The notes beneath the pieces were generated by a model. The model worked only from the letters and a program-made list of their open reading frames with translations. It had not been told where the DNA came from and did no database searches. Position numbers and translations under genes: made by a program. Positions 1-12,579 of a stretch of 64,000 bases of DNA are shown one piece after another. Source of the DNA: Hormiphora californensis (taxonomy: Eukaryota > Animalia > Ctenophora). Position 1 is the stretch's first letter. Each line of letters starts with the position of its first letter. The stretch lies in the NCBI GenBank assembly GCA_020137815.1, contig CM035354.1:1178001-1242000 (forward strand). Direction: 5' to 3'.

Positions 1-123
1 CTGCTAATTGAGGAACTATTTTAGAGTGAGAGCAGAGAGAGAGAGGTAGCTAGAGTCTAGATATCTGAGATGAGAGAGGGGGGCAGCTAGAATCTAGTGT
101 CACTAAGTTACAACACCACTCAC

Positions 124-600
124 ATCAACATTAGCAACATCTTTGTTAACTTGGTACTCCAAAGCAGCAACCGCACCAAAAGTCCAGCACGAACCACATC
201 CACCCTGGTTCTTCGGAGCTGGAATACTGCCCCTATAGTCAGCACTATCGGCCCTTTTCACCAAACTCCTCTCCTCCATCTCCACCTCTTCCTCAACCTC
301 CATCATCACAAGACTGGAGACATTGAGTCCGGTATAAGCAGCCCTCTCTGTTTCTGTCATGATAGAGAACTCATTAAAATCAGCCTGCCATTCCTCTCCA
401 TCCTCAGCGTTGTGAACCTCAATAAACTCTGCTGTCTCTTTAAAGGCGGAAAAGTGGGCTCTCTGGTCAGCAGGGGATGCCTTCAGGATGGGCTCGTGGT
501 GGTATTTGGAAACTAGCTCCCGGTATTTCTTAGCCAAGTCACCGGGACTCATGGCGGAGATAACGCCAATAATGGCACATAACAGGAACAGAGACTTCAT
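124..600 (-). CDS. Papain-family (C1A) cathepsin L-like cysteine protease, exon 1 (gene continues beyond window start)
   Basis: Signal peptide MKSLFLLCAIIGVISA; I29-like prodomain (FKETAEFIEVHN...DFNEFSIMT); catalytic motif QGGCGSCWTF; GTGAGT donor at 123-118. Confidence 0.9.
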
Positions 601-1133
601 CTCAGCAGCAGTAGTAGTAGTCTTGTTGTTTCAGATTGTGAATTGTGTCCGGGGAGGTCCGTTTTAAACTGTCCTACACCTGGCTACATCTGCCACCTGA
701 AAGAGAGACAATAGCCGGGCTAATGGAGGGAGAAAGAGCTCGCCTGGGAGTGCTAATTACTGATCCAATTAAAACTTACCTGGTAGCATACAATAGAAAT
801 GGCATCAAAGTGCGAGCTGTTTCCATTTTGTGTCCTCCTCTTTCTTTCTACAATAGTATAACAGGTCCCGTACTAGGTCTTGTAGTTTTATCCATGACTG
901 AACCTACATAATGTTAATAACATGTTACAATAATATTATGAAACACAGAACAAAACAGCTGCAAACGTGCAAAATATGATGATGATGAATATAAACAGCT
1001 CTAAGTCTATCTTTTCTCGCTCTCTCTGACTTGTTATTTCTCACAACTATAATAATCTTCTCAAACGGACAAATTTAACTCTCCCACTCTCTCTCAGTTT
1101 TCTCGAGGGGGCGAGGACGGGGTAGTACAGTTG

Positions 1134-1343
1134 TCACAGTCCATGGTAACGCCCTTCTCTAACAGGAATCTCATTAGGGTCAAACATGAGTGAAATGTCC
1201 AGATTTAGAAGTTCCGCCCGAAGAAGGCAGTCCTTGAGTGTGTCATCTAGCTCTAACATCATCTGAACAAGATCATCTTGTTGTTTTAGAACCTCGTCAT
1301 AGTTTATCAGATCACCAACAACATCAGAGGTCGATCCTTCCAT
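1134..1343 (-). CDS. Short acidic coiled-coil ORF/exon, unknown function
   Basis: ATG at 1343 just after a CTAG acceptor; MEGSTSDVVGDLINYDEVLKQQDDLVQMMLELDDTLKDCLLRAELL; may be a last exon or a separate small gene. Confidence 0.3.
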   Translation of the reverse strand: MEGSTSDVVGDLINYDEVLKQQDDLVQMMLELDDTLKDCLLRAELLNLDISLMFDPNEIPVREGRYHGL

Positions 1344-1569
1344 GCTAGATAGATATGGAGGAGTGAGGGAGTTGACATGTACTTGTCGCACACGCTGCCC
1401 GGTTCGGAGAGGGCAGTATTTTTGAGGCAAAGAGCTGGAGTGAATGGAAAAGGGTCTGGGCTCATCATACCATGTCGGTCAGGTCAAAAACAAAATCAAA
1501 TAGTGAAATACAGCAAAGTTTATTATTAGCATGTTAGGGAAGGTGTCTTTGAGATGGTTACTCAACAAG

Positions 1570-3005
1570 TTATTCTTGAACTTTATGAAAAACTTGGACG
1601 ACCCCATTTCTCCCAGGAACGAGTGTCCTGTCTTCTGATCCCGCTGTCAAGTTGAGGATCGCTTTGTTCACTTCCTGGGGTAGTGGGTGGGGAATTAGTG
1701 AATGTCCAGAAAAACGTGCAATGTGCATGATCAACGAAAACAACGAAAATGAGTGAATTGATATTATATGGTATTCATTGCGTTCATGATATTGATGAAT
1801 TGATGAAACAGACATTCTACCAATCTCTAGGAGCGGTGTGACGAAGTGACACCCAAACCGCTCTTTTACTTAGATGAAAGACCGCAGTGGGGTGATTGTC
1901 GCCTGGTGATAGTGAACTATTTACCAAAGTCACAGTTATAGGTGCAATCAATCACCAGGCGACAATCACCTGGTGCATTGTATATACCTCACTCATTTTG
2001 AATCGATTAGACACCATTAAAAGTAGTGATTGTCGTTCTGTTTGAGTCAGCCCATTGACAACACTGTCTGGTAGAATCTGATTGATGTATCCCATCACAC
2101 TCCCTATTGAACTGTCCTGAAGGGGGGGGGGGGTTGGTCACATTGATACCTGAGTGAGATCGAGGTCGCGCGAGAATAGGTTGCAATGGAGCCAAATGGG
2201 GGGGGGGGGATGTTATACTTTTGTTGGTCCGCTATCTGGGGCATGAGAGACTGGTATTGAATTGATTCACTTGGCACTGTGAATGAACAATTCAATATAA
2301 CCTTCCAGTGAGAGGGGGGAGGGTGTCAAGATAATTTACCTCACTCTTCACCAGAGCACTGTCCCCCGATCCCGCTGTTCTATCTGTTCTTGATGTTAAC
2401 GGGCCGTCTTCTTCTTCACCCTAATGGAAAACAAGGTGGTGAGAATGTACATAGTTCAATGAAACGCCGCCAGAAACATTTGTTGAGTTTTTTTTTCTAA
2501 TTTTACCCACGGAAGAACAGGATGGGTCTGGGGTGTGAGTTGCCGCGAAATGGTTGGGAACACCTCGGGAGGTTCGATCCGTTAAAAGGGGAGAGAGAAC
2601 TTTGAACACCATGGGCTGCATTGGTCCATCCTTGAAAACTGAAAAAGAAGAATTAATTTGAAAGGTACCAACTGGGAGATTGCATGGAACTGGAGAACTT
2701 TGTCATTGGAGACAATGAACCCGAATTGTCATTGGTCAATGGACAATTGTAAGGATAATGATCCCCATGACTAGGAGAGAGCTAGGTTTCACACCCAGCA
2801 TATTAATTGGAATTGTTATGAAGTGATGAGTGATGAATGATAGGTGTCACTTTTTTTGCTCTGGGGGAGGGGGGCTCAAAACCTTCATTTCCCACAACAT
2901 ACCGTTCCGTTGCCGACGTCTGAACCAGAGAGCAATTAGAACGGCGCATACCAAGCCTAGAAGAGCTCCTCCAGAGAATATCAAAACAATCTCCCACAGG
3001 TTCAT
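1570..3005 (-). CDS. Multi-exon orphan gene with N-terminal transmembrane anchor
   Basis: MNLWEIVLIFSGGALLGLVCAVLIALWFRRRQR (TM plus basic stop-transfer), followed by several short AG/GT-bounded open exons (e.g. GEEEDGPLTSRTDRT, DSSIGSVMGYINQILPDS, EVNKAILNLTAG); 3' boundary uncertain. Confidence 0.4.
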
Positions 3006-3282
3006 AGCTAAATAGAGAGGATAGAAGAGGGTAAAATATGGAATTCGTGGCGGGAGGGACGATAAATCACCAGGCTCTCCGGCCCCCTCCAAAGCCACAG
3101 TGTTGGCGTCGTCAGACAGGGGTTGGGAAGACAAACTTGTTGTGTACAAGTACGAACAATAAATACATGTACTTTTGTCTGTACACTGCAGTACAGTAAC
3201 ATAAATAAATAGGCCAATTTGGCAAAACAAAAACCCTTCTTGCACTACAGCAGCGTCCCTGACCATCCCTCAAATCACAAAT

Positions 3283-6200
3283 TCAGTTGTCCATCTTCTC
3301 GAGCTGCGACCGAACTTTACGATTCGTCTCCATAAGAGCTTTCCTCATTTCCGCATCCATTCCCTTGCCTCTCTTCTTTTTCTCTCGCTTCTTGGCAAGC
3401 TTGTAGTAAAATTCTTTTGGACTTTTCACCTCGCTTTCCTCTCGAATCTTGTCCAGCAGGGAATCTCGTGCAATCGTCCGCTGGTTCTCCACGAAATGTA
3501 CCAGTTCATTGGGCACGAATTGATTCTAAAAGGGGATATTGTGTGACAAGGAGGAAACAAAGACAAGCCAGAGGTGGGAATCTCACCACTAACCGTGAGA
3601 TAACACGGTCGATTTCTGAAGAAACCACTGATAACAGACCCGCGCGCGCATCATTTCTGTTTTTGTGGCTGTGACAAGTTTCACTTTTTACCTGTGTGTC
3701 GTTTTCGCGCGTTACGTAAAAACATATCCCGCGCCAATTCGCCAAAATAAAAGCAGTCAGGTACAAGAGAAGCAGTCACGTACAAGAAAAGCTCTCGGTA
3801 AAACGTCGCCTCACAACTTACGAATAAATCTTTCTTTGAGCTGATTTCGTAGGATATTTTCAACTTTTCCACCCAAACATCCCAATAGTCAGGGAATTGG
3901 ATAAGAATCTCGTTCAGATCTTCGTGATTTAGGACCTCGAACTCGCAATATGTGATCGCCTGTACGCTGGCCTTGGATTTCTTGCCAATTCGAGTTGGCC
4001 AGAATATCTCCCCCAAAACATCACCTGAGGCTGTGAATAATATCTGGATTAGTTCTGCTACTGATTTTACAAGAATTTAGTAGGCAAGGTTGCTATGGTT
4101 ACTTACTCAAAATTCCAATGAGTCTGTTTCGGTTAGTGACCTTGACGTGACCTCGAATAACAAAGGAAATCTCTCCGACACAGTCTCCTGCGTGGTAAAT
4201 ATAATCTCCTGGGCTCATATTGATTCGTTTGAGGCGTTCACTTAACATTCGCTGGCACCCTGAGCTGGCCTCGCGTAGTACAGGCCACCGTCTCAGTAAC
4301 ATGTCATGCATGTGCAGGTAACAATCCTCTCGGAGCGCTCTGGGCCATCCTTCCATAATCTGGGGGGGGGGGGGGTCAGTAGATGGGGATAGATAATAAA
4401 GGTACGAGGGTTCTAAATCAGAGCCAATCTTATACAAAAATCCCCAGCTGCAATCGTTAGTTTCCCAATTTCTCATACACCATAATTCTATGCTTCTCCT
4501 ACTGTCTACTACCACTATCATGCAGGTGATATACCTATCATATCGTACCTCATCAGCGACCACACCATAGGTAGTAAACCAGTGGTTGTTGAAAAAGTCC
4601 TCCATTCTATGAGCTAGTGACTCGGGGAACTTGTGGACACTAATAAAATCAGTTAGCTCCGTTTTCCGACTATTCAACTCCGAGGCACCTCGACTAATTC
4701 GATGGATAATGTTGGCGACGTAGCCAAACACTGTCGCGAAAATCAGAGCTGAAGGAGAGAGAGAGAGGGATCAAGATCAGAGGGGAACCGTTTTGTAATA
4801 AACAGTGTGAAACTAAGAAAATCGGCGATCGTTCATCGTTGGTATTAGTGATTTGAGGGGGGATTATCATGATTGCCCAACTTACAGCCAAGTACCATAA
4901 CTGCAACACTGAAGATTCGCTCCTTGTGGAGTTGAGGTGCAGCATTACCGAACCCAACAGTGCTGAGAGAGGTGAAGGAGAAGTAGAGACAGGTCAGGTA
5001 CAGTTCTTCTTGGGTCAATCCATCATCATAGTCAACTGTGGTGGGGGGAGGAAGAGGTGTTAGGGGGGGGGGGGGAGAAGGGATGTTAGGGGAGGTAGAG
5101 ATGTTAATTGTTAGGGACGGGTAGGGATGTGGTGGAAAGGGATGTTAGGGGCGGGGGAGAAGGGGTGTTAGGGATGTTAGGTGGGGTGCCGGGGTGTTAG
5201 GGATGTTAGGGACGGGGTAGAGATTTTAGGCGAGGAGGGGATGTTAGGTACTTACACTTTTTAACTGAATATTTAGTGAAAGGTGATTCTGCGACAAACT
5301 TGTACAGCCACCCGTCTTGTACAGCAATCGTTGATTCACCTGACAATAAATCGAGTAATTAAATACTGAACAGAACTAAAAAGTAATAACAACATATTAA
5401 AATGTAGAAATAGATACGGCACGGAACTCCGATCCCCCCGACTAGACCTACCGAGGCCGCTACGCTATGTCCGGTGCCGCGAAGAGGACATGGACAGACA
5501 ACAGACAACACTAGACCTACCGAGAGTGAACCATCCGCAGCCGATAAAGTGGGCGAAGATAGTGAAAACAGCCATCATGAAGAGAAGAGAAGAAAACCCG
5601 GATGTCATGTAACTGTTAGAGTTTCGGGCAATTCTAAACACTCTCAGTAGGGAGATTATCTTTAGGAAATGGATCACCGAATCCTGAAGCAGGGATAAAT
5701 TTATCCACCTATAGGTGTGGGATCGGCCGTTACATGGCAATGAGGGGAGGTGGTGTCCCTGTAAACATTGTGTGGCTCACAACGCATTTTATTTCTGTGA
5801 TGGTTCGGTAGTTTAAGGTAAAGAGGGGTAACGTGGTGTAATAACCCCCCTGTTATGTTCCATGGGGACATTTTCCATGGTTTTAGGAACATAAGTGCCC
5901 AAGTAGGGGGAGGTAAACAGGTTCAAGTTCACTTACATCTTCTTCATTGGCAGCAGCGTGAGCAATAACAATGATAAGTTCCCAGGGAATAGCACCAAGA
6001 AGATCAATAACAAACCAGTTCCAGAGGTAATGTGATCTGATGTGACTTGACTCAGAGATAACCAGACCATCTCCACTAATGTATGTTGTCATGAAGGAGA
6101 GAATGACATCCATGATGAATATAATCTCACATATTAGGGACACCTGGCAAGATAAGATGTTATCACGTTTCAATACACAAGCTAGGATCCACTAATATTT

Positions 6201-7976
6201 GAACCAGATTTCCGTCTCGTTCCGGATAGGATGAATTAACGATAATGCTCACTACTTACCACCCAATCCATTTCAAAGAGAGTGCTCACAGCCATTCGTT
6301 CAGCATCCATCACACTACAGTTTGCCATGACCTTGCCCATTGGTGAGGTACAGGGTACTCGAAAGGAGAGCTGCATGGGCACGATAAAGACAGTCCAGAG
6401 AACAGTATAGAGGATCAACCAATCCCATAAGATCTTGATAGTGTTATCGTGGATAATCACCCAACCAATGCCCTTCTCTTGTCGGAACGATTCCATGATC
6501 TCAAACTTCTTTCGTAACATAGCAGGAATGTAGTTTCCCTCCGCATCACAGTTTTTCTTGTTCCTCTCCTCACTGGACTCTGGACAGATCAACTGCTGGA
6601 TCCGTGTGAAGCAACTCTTGTTCTTAGAGTCAAGATCAACACCAAACTTGGAAGAATCATCCACCTCTTCGATGCCAATTAGAACGTAGTTAGCGTTGGA
6701 TTGTTTGGGTAGATCGACAGCTGTCACATAAACGGGGACAGCCTTCTCTGAAAGACAAGATAAAATGAACTTTCAAAATAAATTCTGGTTAATCGATAAT
6801 TCCCCGTTGAAATTGTGAATACCCCACAAGAAATTGAAACACTTACTCTTCCCTCCTTATACAGCGTGTATTCTGAAGAGTGGGTTTCCTGTTCTCCACT
6901 TAGAACAACTGCCAGGTTCGCACCGAAGGACGAGTTAGTTGATTTGCCCACCAGCATTGATAGTTGTCCGTCCTTTAGAAATATCTGAAACATGTAACAA
7001 TGGTTAGCGTTAGATTCAGTTTTCTTTCTCCTAATGTGAGCTTTGAAATTGCCAACAAATCAACACCTATAACATGAAACACAAGGAAAAGTTCTGTTTT
7101 ATAACGGGAATATAACTCTCAGCATGCCTTTTTTCGAGAAAACTTCCAAAAGTCTAGGAACTCATCTGACACATAAACGATTGGAAATCCTTCTTCATCG
7201 GCATTGACCAAGACAAACATGGGAGCTTTGTGGGATAGGTGAGTGAGTGAGTGAGTGAGTGAGTGGGTGAGTGAGTGAGTGAGTGAGTGAGTGAGTGAGT
7301 GAGTGAGTGAGTGAGTGAGTGAGTGAGTGAGTGAGTGAGTGAGTGAGTGTCTAAATGATCTGATTCAACAACTTACAAACTTCGTGGACCTTCGTCAACA
7401 TGTTTTCCAGCAGCCTATTTTCTCTGTCATCTATTTGCTGGATCCTCTCCTTATCCAAATCCACTACGTTACTCTGAGGAAGAAGAGATAATCAAAATAA
7501 CCTTTTATAACTTGTAGCAGGGAAAAAATGATGTGAGGTACCGGAATGTGCATGCAAATTGCAAGTCGAGAATTAAACAAACAACGCTACACTTGATGGT
7601 GATGGTGCCATATGATGTAATGTTCATGAAAAATTGAAATAGTAATAGAGAGAGAAATAGGGAGAGAAGAGAGGGTGTGTGTGACAAATAGCGAAGAGGG
7701 AAATAGGGTTAGGTACCGAAAGAGATGGATTTTGCATACAAGTCGGTTGACTGTCAAGCAACACAAAAGAACGACAAGACGAATGTGGGATGAATTTCAC
7801 TTTTTGCATGGTTCATACTCACTCTGAACAGTAACGGCATCGGCATCATAAGCACTGAACCGTGACATTCTTCTGCTGTACGTATTGGGCATGATGGTGC
7901 TAGCAGTTGTGCTCTCCAGAGACTTCAAGATGCCAGGCCTTGTCCTGTGACCCTGGCCCACCTTCAGGCGCCCCAT
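3283..7976 (-). CDS. EAG-family (KCNH; ERG/ELK/EAG-like) voltage-gated K+ channel, many exons
   Basis: PAS (FVLVNADEEGFPIVYVSDEF); S1 (KILWDWLILYTVLWT); S2-S3 (FIMDVILSFMTTY...WFVIDLLGAIPWE); S4 (LKIISLLRVFRIAR); pore exon ~4886-5035 YFSFTSLSTVGFGN; S6/C-linker; CNBHD (PGDYIYHAGD, VQAITYCEF); last exon 3283-3525. 5' exons less certain. Confidence 0.9.
7239..7348. repeat. (GTGA)n microsatellite in KCNH intron
   Basis: Direct tetranucleotide run. Confidence 0.95.
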
Positions 7977-8187
7977 ATCTTCTTCTTTTATGGACTTAGC
8001 TACCTGCTATTAGAGCCAGATATTAATATGTTTTTAATTTGTATGTTTCAAAAAGTAATGAATCATCTAAGTATAAAACTATAAAATAAGTGAATCCTTG
8101 TCAATAATAATACAAAACTTTTCACCCGTCAAAATATAAATAATCTCAGTTCGTATAACGCCGTTTTCTCCAAAGATTTAATCCTTT

Positions 8188-8616
8188 TTAAACAGGATTT
8201 TCTACCACGTTTCCTATGATTTTCGCGTAATAGACCAGAACACTGCCGCCAATAATGAACAAAACCCCGGAGAATACGGCACACTTTGTACCGAGACAAG
8301 TTGTAGCACCGGTCCTTTGAAAACCAGAAAATGCAGATCCCGCGGGTACATCTCCATAACGCGACTGCCATCTTGAGGCAGCTGAGCTCTTGTAAACTCC
8401 CTTCCTACCAAATCCGCAGCAGCGACCAAACATGAGAACGATTCCAGCGATTATTAAAAAACTCGCGAGAACAGTGATAAGGACGGATAAGAAGTGACCC
8501 CATGGGACTACCCGAAACAGGAAGTCCATTATTGGAATGCAACAGCATGTTATGTCACGTAGTGTACCATTATCATCAATAGTGATGTTAAAGATATCTT
8601 TACAGGTCTCATTCAT
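8188..8616 (-). CDS. 142-aa two-TM membrane protein, unknown family
   Basis: Single ORF with two hydrophobic helices; CAG acceptor immediately before the ATG. Confidence 0.55.
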   Translation of the reverse strand: MNETCKDIFNITIDDNGTLRDITCCCIPIMDFLFRVVPWGHFLSVLITVLASFLIIAGIVLMFGRCCGFGRKGVYKSSAASRWQSRYGDVPAGSAFSGFQRTGATTCLGTKCAVFSGVLFIIGGSVLVYYAKIIGNVVENPV

Positions 8617-8855
8617 CCTGTTGGAATGTAATTTAAAGGTTAAAGTGAGAGAGAACAGCAGAGATTTTCTTTAAAAAATTATCTGGGTACAACTTGGTGG
8701 CTAACTAAAACTGTCTAGGATAGTAAAAAAACTGTAATCTGTCTACAAATTCTATATAACACAAATCAATAAATAAAAATATAATGTCAATAATTCCCAG
8801 AAAATATGTACAGAAAATAACTGATAACTACCAATTCTAAAATAAATCATCCCAT

Positions 8856-10041
8856 TTAAACCCTTGAGCTATTTCCCTTCACTACTTCATCATAGCTAGG
8901 AGGAGGGACATCAGCCACTGCGCTGACAGAAACTTGACTCCCGGAGAGATTTGGGCTGGGTAGCGGGGACTCCGATGAACACGATTTACAGCATTTCTTG
9001 AACAGCCAGACAAGAGGTATAAAAATAGATCCCTTATCACTGGAAAAGAGATAGGAATTTAGAGAGGGCTTTGTTCAAAATGTTCTACTACTTCCAACAA
9101 TATCATCGAATTCTGTTGCTTATTACTCTAACATTGTTTTGCTACTTACTATAATTTTCTCGGATCCGGAATATCATTTTCTTTGCCAAAGACCACAGCT
9201 GGAAGACAAAGTAATAGAAAGAAAAATGCCACGTGTATAGCAAAAAGTATCTCTAATCCACAAGTACCAACTTGGCTGAAAAAAGGTTACGGATATATGA
9301 AATATCAAAAGACCGTTTATCTAGTTTTCGAAGCTAACAAAAAGATGTGCAGGCAGAGGGCTGAGCTTTACTTACGCGTAAATAGAGTTAGATTCGTCCA
9401 CTTTAGTAACAACCACGGAAGCCACAAAGTGAAGGAATATAGCTAATCCAAAAAATGCCGACAAATAATAATTCGGTTTCTGAAAATAGGAATTGCCATA
9501 AACATACAGTGCTAGTAAATACAAGCATCAGTAGCATATGTACCTAATTCGAATGTTCGAATTCAAATGTTATTTGTTGCGTGGGGAAGGAGGGTCGAAC
9601 TAGGCAAAATGTTATTATTTACCTTGAAATCTAAGAAAAGCTCATCGTCATCATCTGAATGAATTCTATGGAAACAATGAAACCACTCCATGTCCGTAAA
9701 ATTCAGGTCGACCAATATCGTGTCATTCAAAGAAACAAATCCTGTGACATTATTCTGACAAAAAATAAACAAATCATGTATAGTCGGACCCCGATTTACC
9801 GGATACCCCGATTTACTGGGCAAAATCCTTTGCCCCGAGTATCCTACTATCCCGACAAATAAGGGTCCGACTGTATTGTACAATAATGTTGCGACTAGCA
9901 GTACGAAAACCCATGTTTCAAGTTTCAAATACTTACCAGTTCTGGAATTTGAGCTGCTAGTTGTGTATTTATCTCTGCTTGAATATCCGGCCGCTCACAA
10001 TGTACCAAAGCGTCATTGGAACCATCGTCAAAGATAGTCGC
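8856..10041 (-). CDS. Multi-exon membrane glycoprotein with C-terminal PPxY motif, unknown family (5' end uncertain)
   Basis: Exons DDGSNDALVHCERPDIQ, NNVTGFVSLNDTILVDLNFTD (N-glycosylation sequons), hydrophobic exons, last exon ending ...VPPPSYDEVVKGNSSRV*. Confidence 0.5.
9780..9875. mobile_element. Short pogo/Tc1-type MITE copy (CAGTCGGACCCCGATTT family)
   Basis: Same TIR as the 11242-11422 element; intronic. Confidence 0.75.
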
Positions 10042-10341
10042 CTAAATTTATTAAATCTGGTTACAATAATTTGACACTGTCAAAAGTCGCCTAAATAAAA
10101 CTTCGTGAATTTCTTGGAAGAGGGGTGGGGACGCGGGACCTGAGTGTGGGAGGTCATGTTCTATTCTAAACTGGTCAAAACACGCCAACACGGTGTTCAA
10201 ACTTTTCAAGATTGTGATTTGTGCCAATGCTGTGTTCACAGTCCACACCCCCTATCAAGTTTTAACCCGTCCGCTTTTCTCCACAATATCAACTGAATTC
10301 CTTAGGGTCTTAGACTCTTAGGGGTGATCAGATTTAATCAA

Positions 10342-10792
10342 CTATAGACCCCGCCGGCTCAAATAGACGCACGGCGCGCTCAAACAATTTGCACTGGTCT
10401 ATTGGGCCGTGCACTGCCGTGAGTTTGTGTCTCGATAGACGCACGCCCTCTGACAGATTTGTGTAAAGATCACAAAGAACCACTGGAAACACGATAAAAT
10501 GACTTGGTAACTCAAGAGGGAGTGTGTGTACAACCTACAACGCTCTCTGTCTAGATTTGGCGCCCGCCAGTCTGTTGCAACTGTTGCTCATGACCCACAA
10601 TTAACTGTAATCTCTCTCTGCATTCCACGCTTTGAAACTGTTACAACGATTGTTACGAGTGTGTAGGAATGTAGAGAGGCACTCTGTAGCTTCATTTCTA
10701 ACTGTTTGACCCGTTTTGTGTGAGCTCTCTCTGTGTCAACCACCTAATTTGTGCTTGTTTTGCTTCTAGGTGCCCGCCAGCGGGGTCTATAG
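10342..10792. mobile_element. Non-autonomous TIR element (CTATAGACCCCGC...GCGGGGTCTATAG)
   Basis: About 17-bp terminal inverted repeat; internal ATAGACGCAC motifs. Confidence 0.6.
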
Positions 10793-10969
10793 AACACAAC
10801 TCCCTCCCTTACGTGCAGATATACCTGTAAACCCCTCGCTGACGCTCGGGATTTACAGGGCTGTAACGCACGGGTCCCTTCGGGACCCGTGCATTACAGC
10901 TCAATAGACGCACTGCTCTGCAGTGCGTCTATTGAATAGATGCCCGCGCGGGAGGGAGTTATGTACTAT
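10789..10969. repeat. Multi-hairpin (cruciform) element
   Basis: Outer 20-bp inverted repeat enclosing three abutting hairpins (10824-10859, 10860-10900, 10901-10935). Confidence 0.85.
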
Positions 10970-11241
10970 TTAGAAAGCCCCGAAATAATACCACTATAAT
11001 ACCTTATCGTCATTCATATTGTCTTTGTTGATATAAAGCCCTGTGTATGAACTGACATTGTAGCCGAAATAGGTCACATTACGGAAACTTGCTGTGATAA
11101 CTGGGACATAGTACTCTTTAAAACCTCCCTCGCACCACAATTTTGTCCACGATATTGCGTTTATTTTGCATGTTCCGTTGGTAACGGATGCTGAAAAAGA
11201 GGTTGATTTCAGTTGAACCTAGTTAAGATATAAAGTAACTA

Positions 11242-11422
11242 CAGTCGGAGTGTCGGACCCCGATTTACCGGGCCCCGATTTACTGGAACCCCGATTTACC
11301 GGGAGGATAAACTTCCCCCGATATAGAATATTAACAGTTTTTCACCCCGATATACCGGGCACCCCGATTTACCGGGCAAAACCCTTTCCCCCCGAGCATC
11401 CCGGTAAATCGGGGTCCGACTG
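11242..11422. mobile_element. pogo/Tc1-mariner-type MITE
   Basis: CAGTCGGA...CCCCGATTTACC / GGTAAATCGGGGTCCGACTG termini, TA on both sides, internal CCCCGATTTACCGG repeats; other copies ~12505-12571 and ~40104-40305. Confidence 0.85.
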
Positions 11423-11599
11423 TATTAGAAGCCACTCACATATAATACTTACAGTATTCATTAATTGGGTCGATGAAAACCACTCCTGTGGCTATGAGAG
11501 ACGCAAGGGTGGCAGTTATAAATATACGTGCGATTAAAACTTTATCAAACAAAGCCATTCTTCATCATGAACCTCCCTCAATCACCTCGCCATAGCCTA

Positions 11600-12300
11600 A
11601 AAACTTTTTTCGAGCCTCCGTGAGGGGCCTGCAGCGTATGTCAAGGCCATTGGTCCAAGGGGCAAGGAGAAATGTGCGCAAAATCTGTTGTTTTCGGTTT
11701 TGACTTTTTCGAAATAAAAAAAGCTGATGAAATTTGAGCACTCGAAATTTATTTTGATTCGCGCGCGGCCTCGCAAAATATGTCACTTTTCGCGCGCTAC
11801 GTTTTAAAGCATCGGCGGCTGCAAGGAAAGATTTCCGGCAACAACGCGTTTCAACGTTGCAAAAAAATTGCAACGTTTCCTCAGAAGCAACGTTGCAACT
11901 TGGCCTTTTTTTTAAAGTCGGATTTTTTGAAGTTGTCACCCCAAAATGACCGCGCATGTGAAATTTATCAATTTTGACGCGCACACCACACGTTAACATG
12001 TGATGTGACGCGCAAAAACTTTCCGCGCACGAAAAGGGGGGTGACAACTTCAAAAAATCCGACTTTACAGGCCCTCATCAAGCCGTGGAAAACGCGCGCA
12101 CTTGGGGCCTGCAGCGCATGCCAACGTTGCAACTTGAAAAGCGCTGCCTTATCGGGGGCGGGGCCAGCATCGTTTGCCAACGTTGCAACGTTAAAATCTG
12201 GGTGTTTTTTTTACTGTTTGGAGTGTCAGCACTCACGTATTTCAAGGGTTAGGGCTAAGGCTGGGCTAGGGCTAGGGCTGGGGTTTGGCGGTTAGAGCCG
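11600..12300. repeat. CpG-rich repeat with internal inverted repeats and degenerate (AGGGYT)n tail
   Basis: AACGTTGC motifs; inverted pair 11915-11945/12037-12067; agggttagggctaaggctgggctagggctaggg at 12245-12280. Confidence 0.5.
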
Positions 12301-12579
12301 TTTTAGACTTTAGTACAGGGTACTTTTTTGGCAGCACGCACCTGTAAACAGGCCCCCAACGACAAACACCCAGATCGTAACGGTGCCGAAAAACATGCCC
12401 GGACAAATGCAAAGCGGAGAAACGGATCAATTTTGGATAATTCAAAGTTATCTGAAAATTTTAATAATATCGACCCATTAGACATGAAAATTGCCACGAT
12501 TAGCGATATACCGGGAAGATAATCTTCCCCCGAAATAGGAAATTAACAGTATTTGACCCCGATACACCGGGTTCTAGCA

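Noticed and set aside
12245-12295. Telomere (also CCCTAA-like tract at 44497-44550)
   Set aside because: Short, degenerate, internal and attached to dispersed repeats
11565-12522. Overlapping ORFs of 60-160 aa as genes or a transposase
   Set aside because: Lie in a palindromic repeat; no domain motifs
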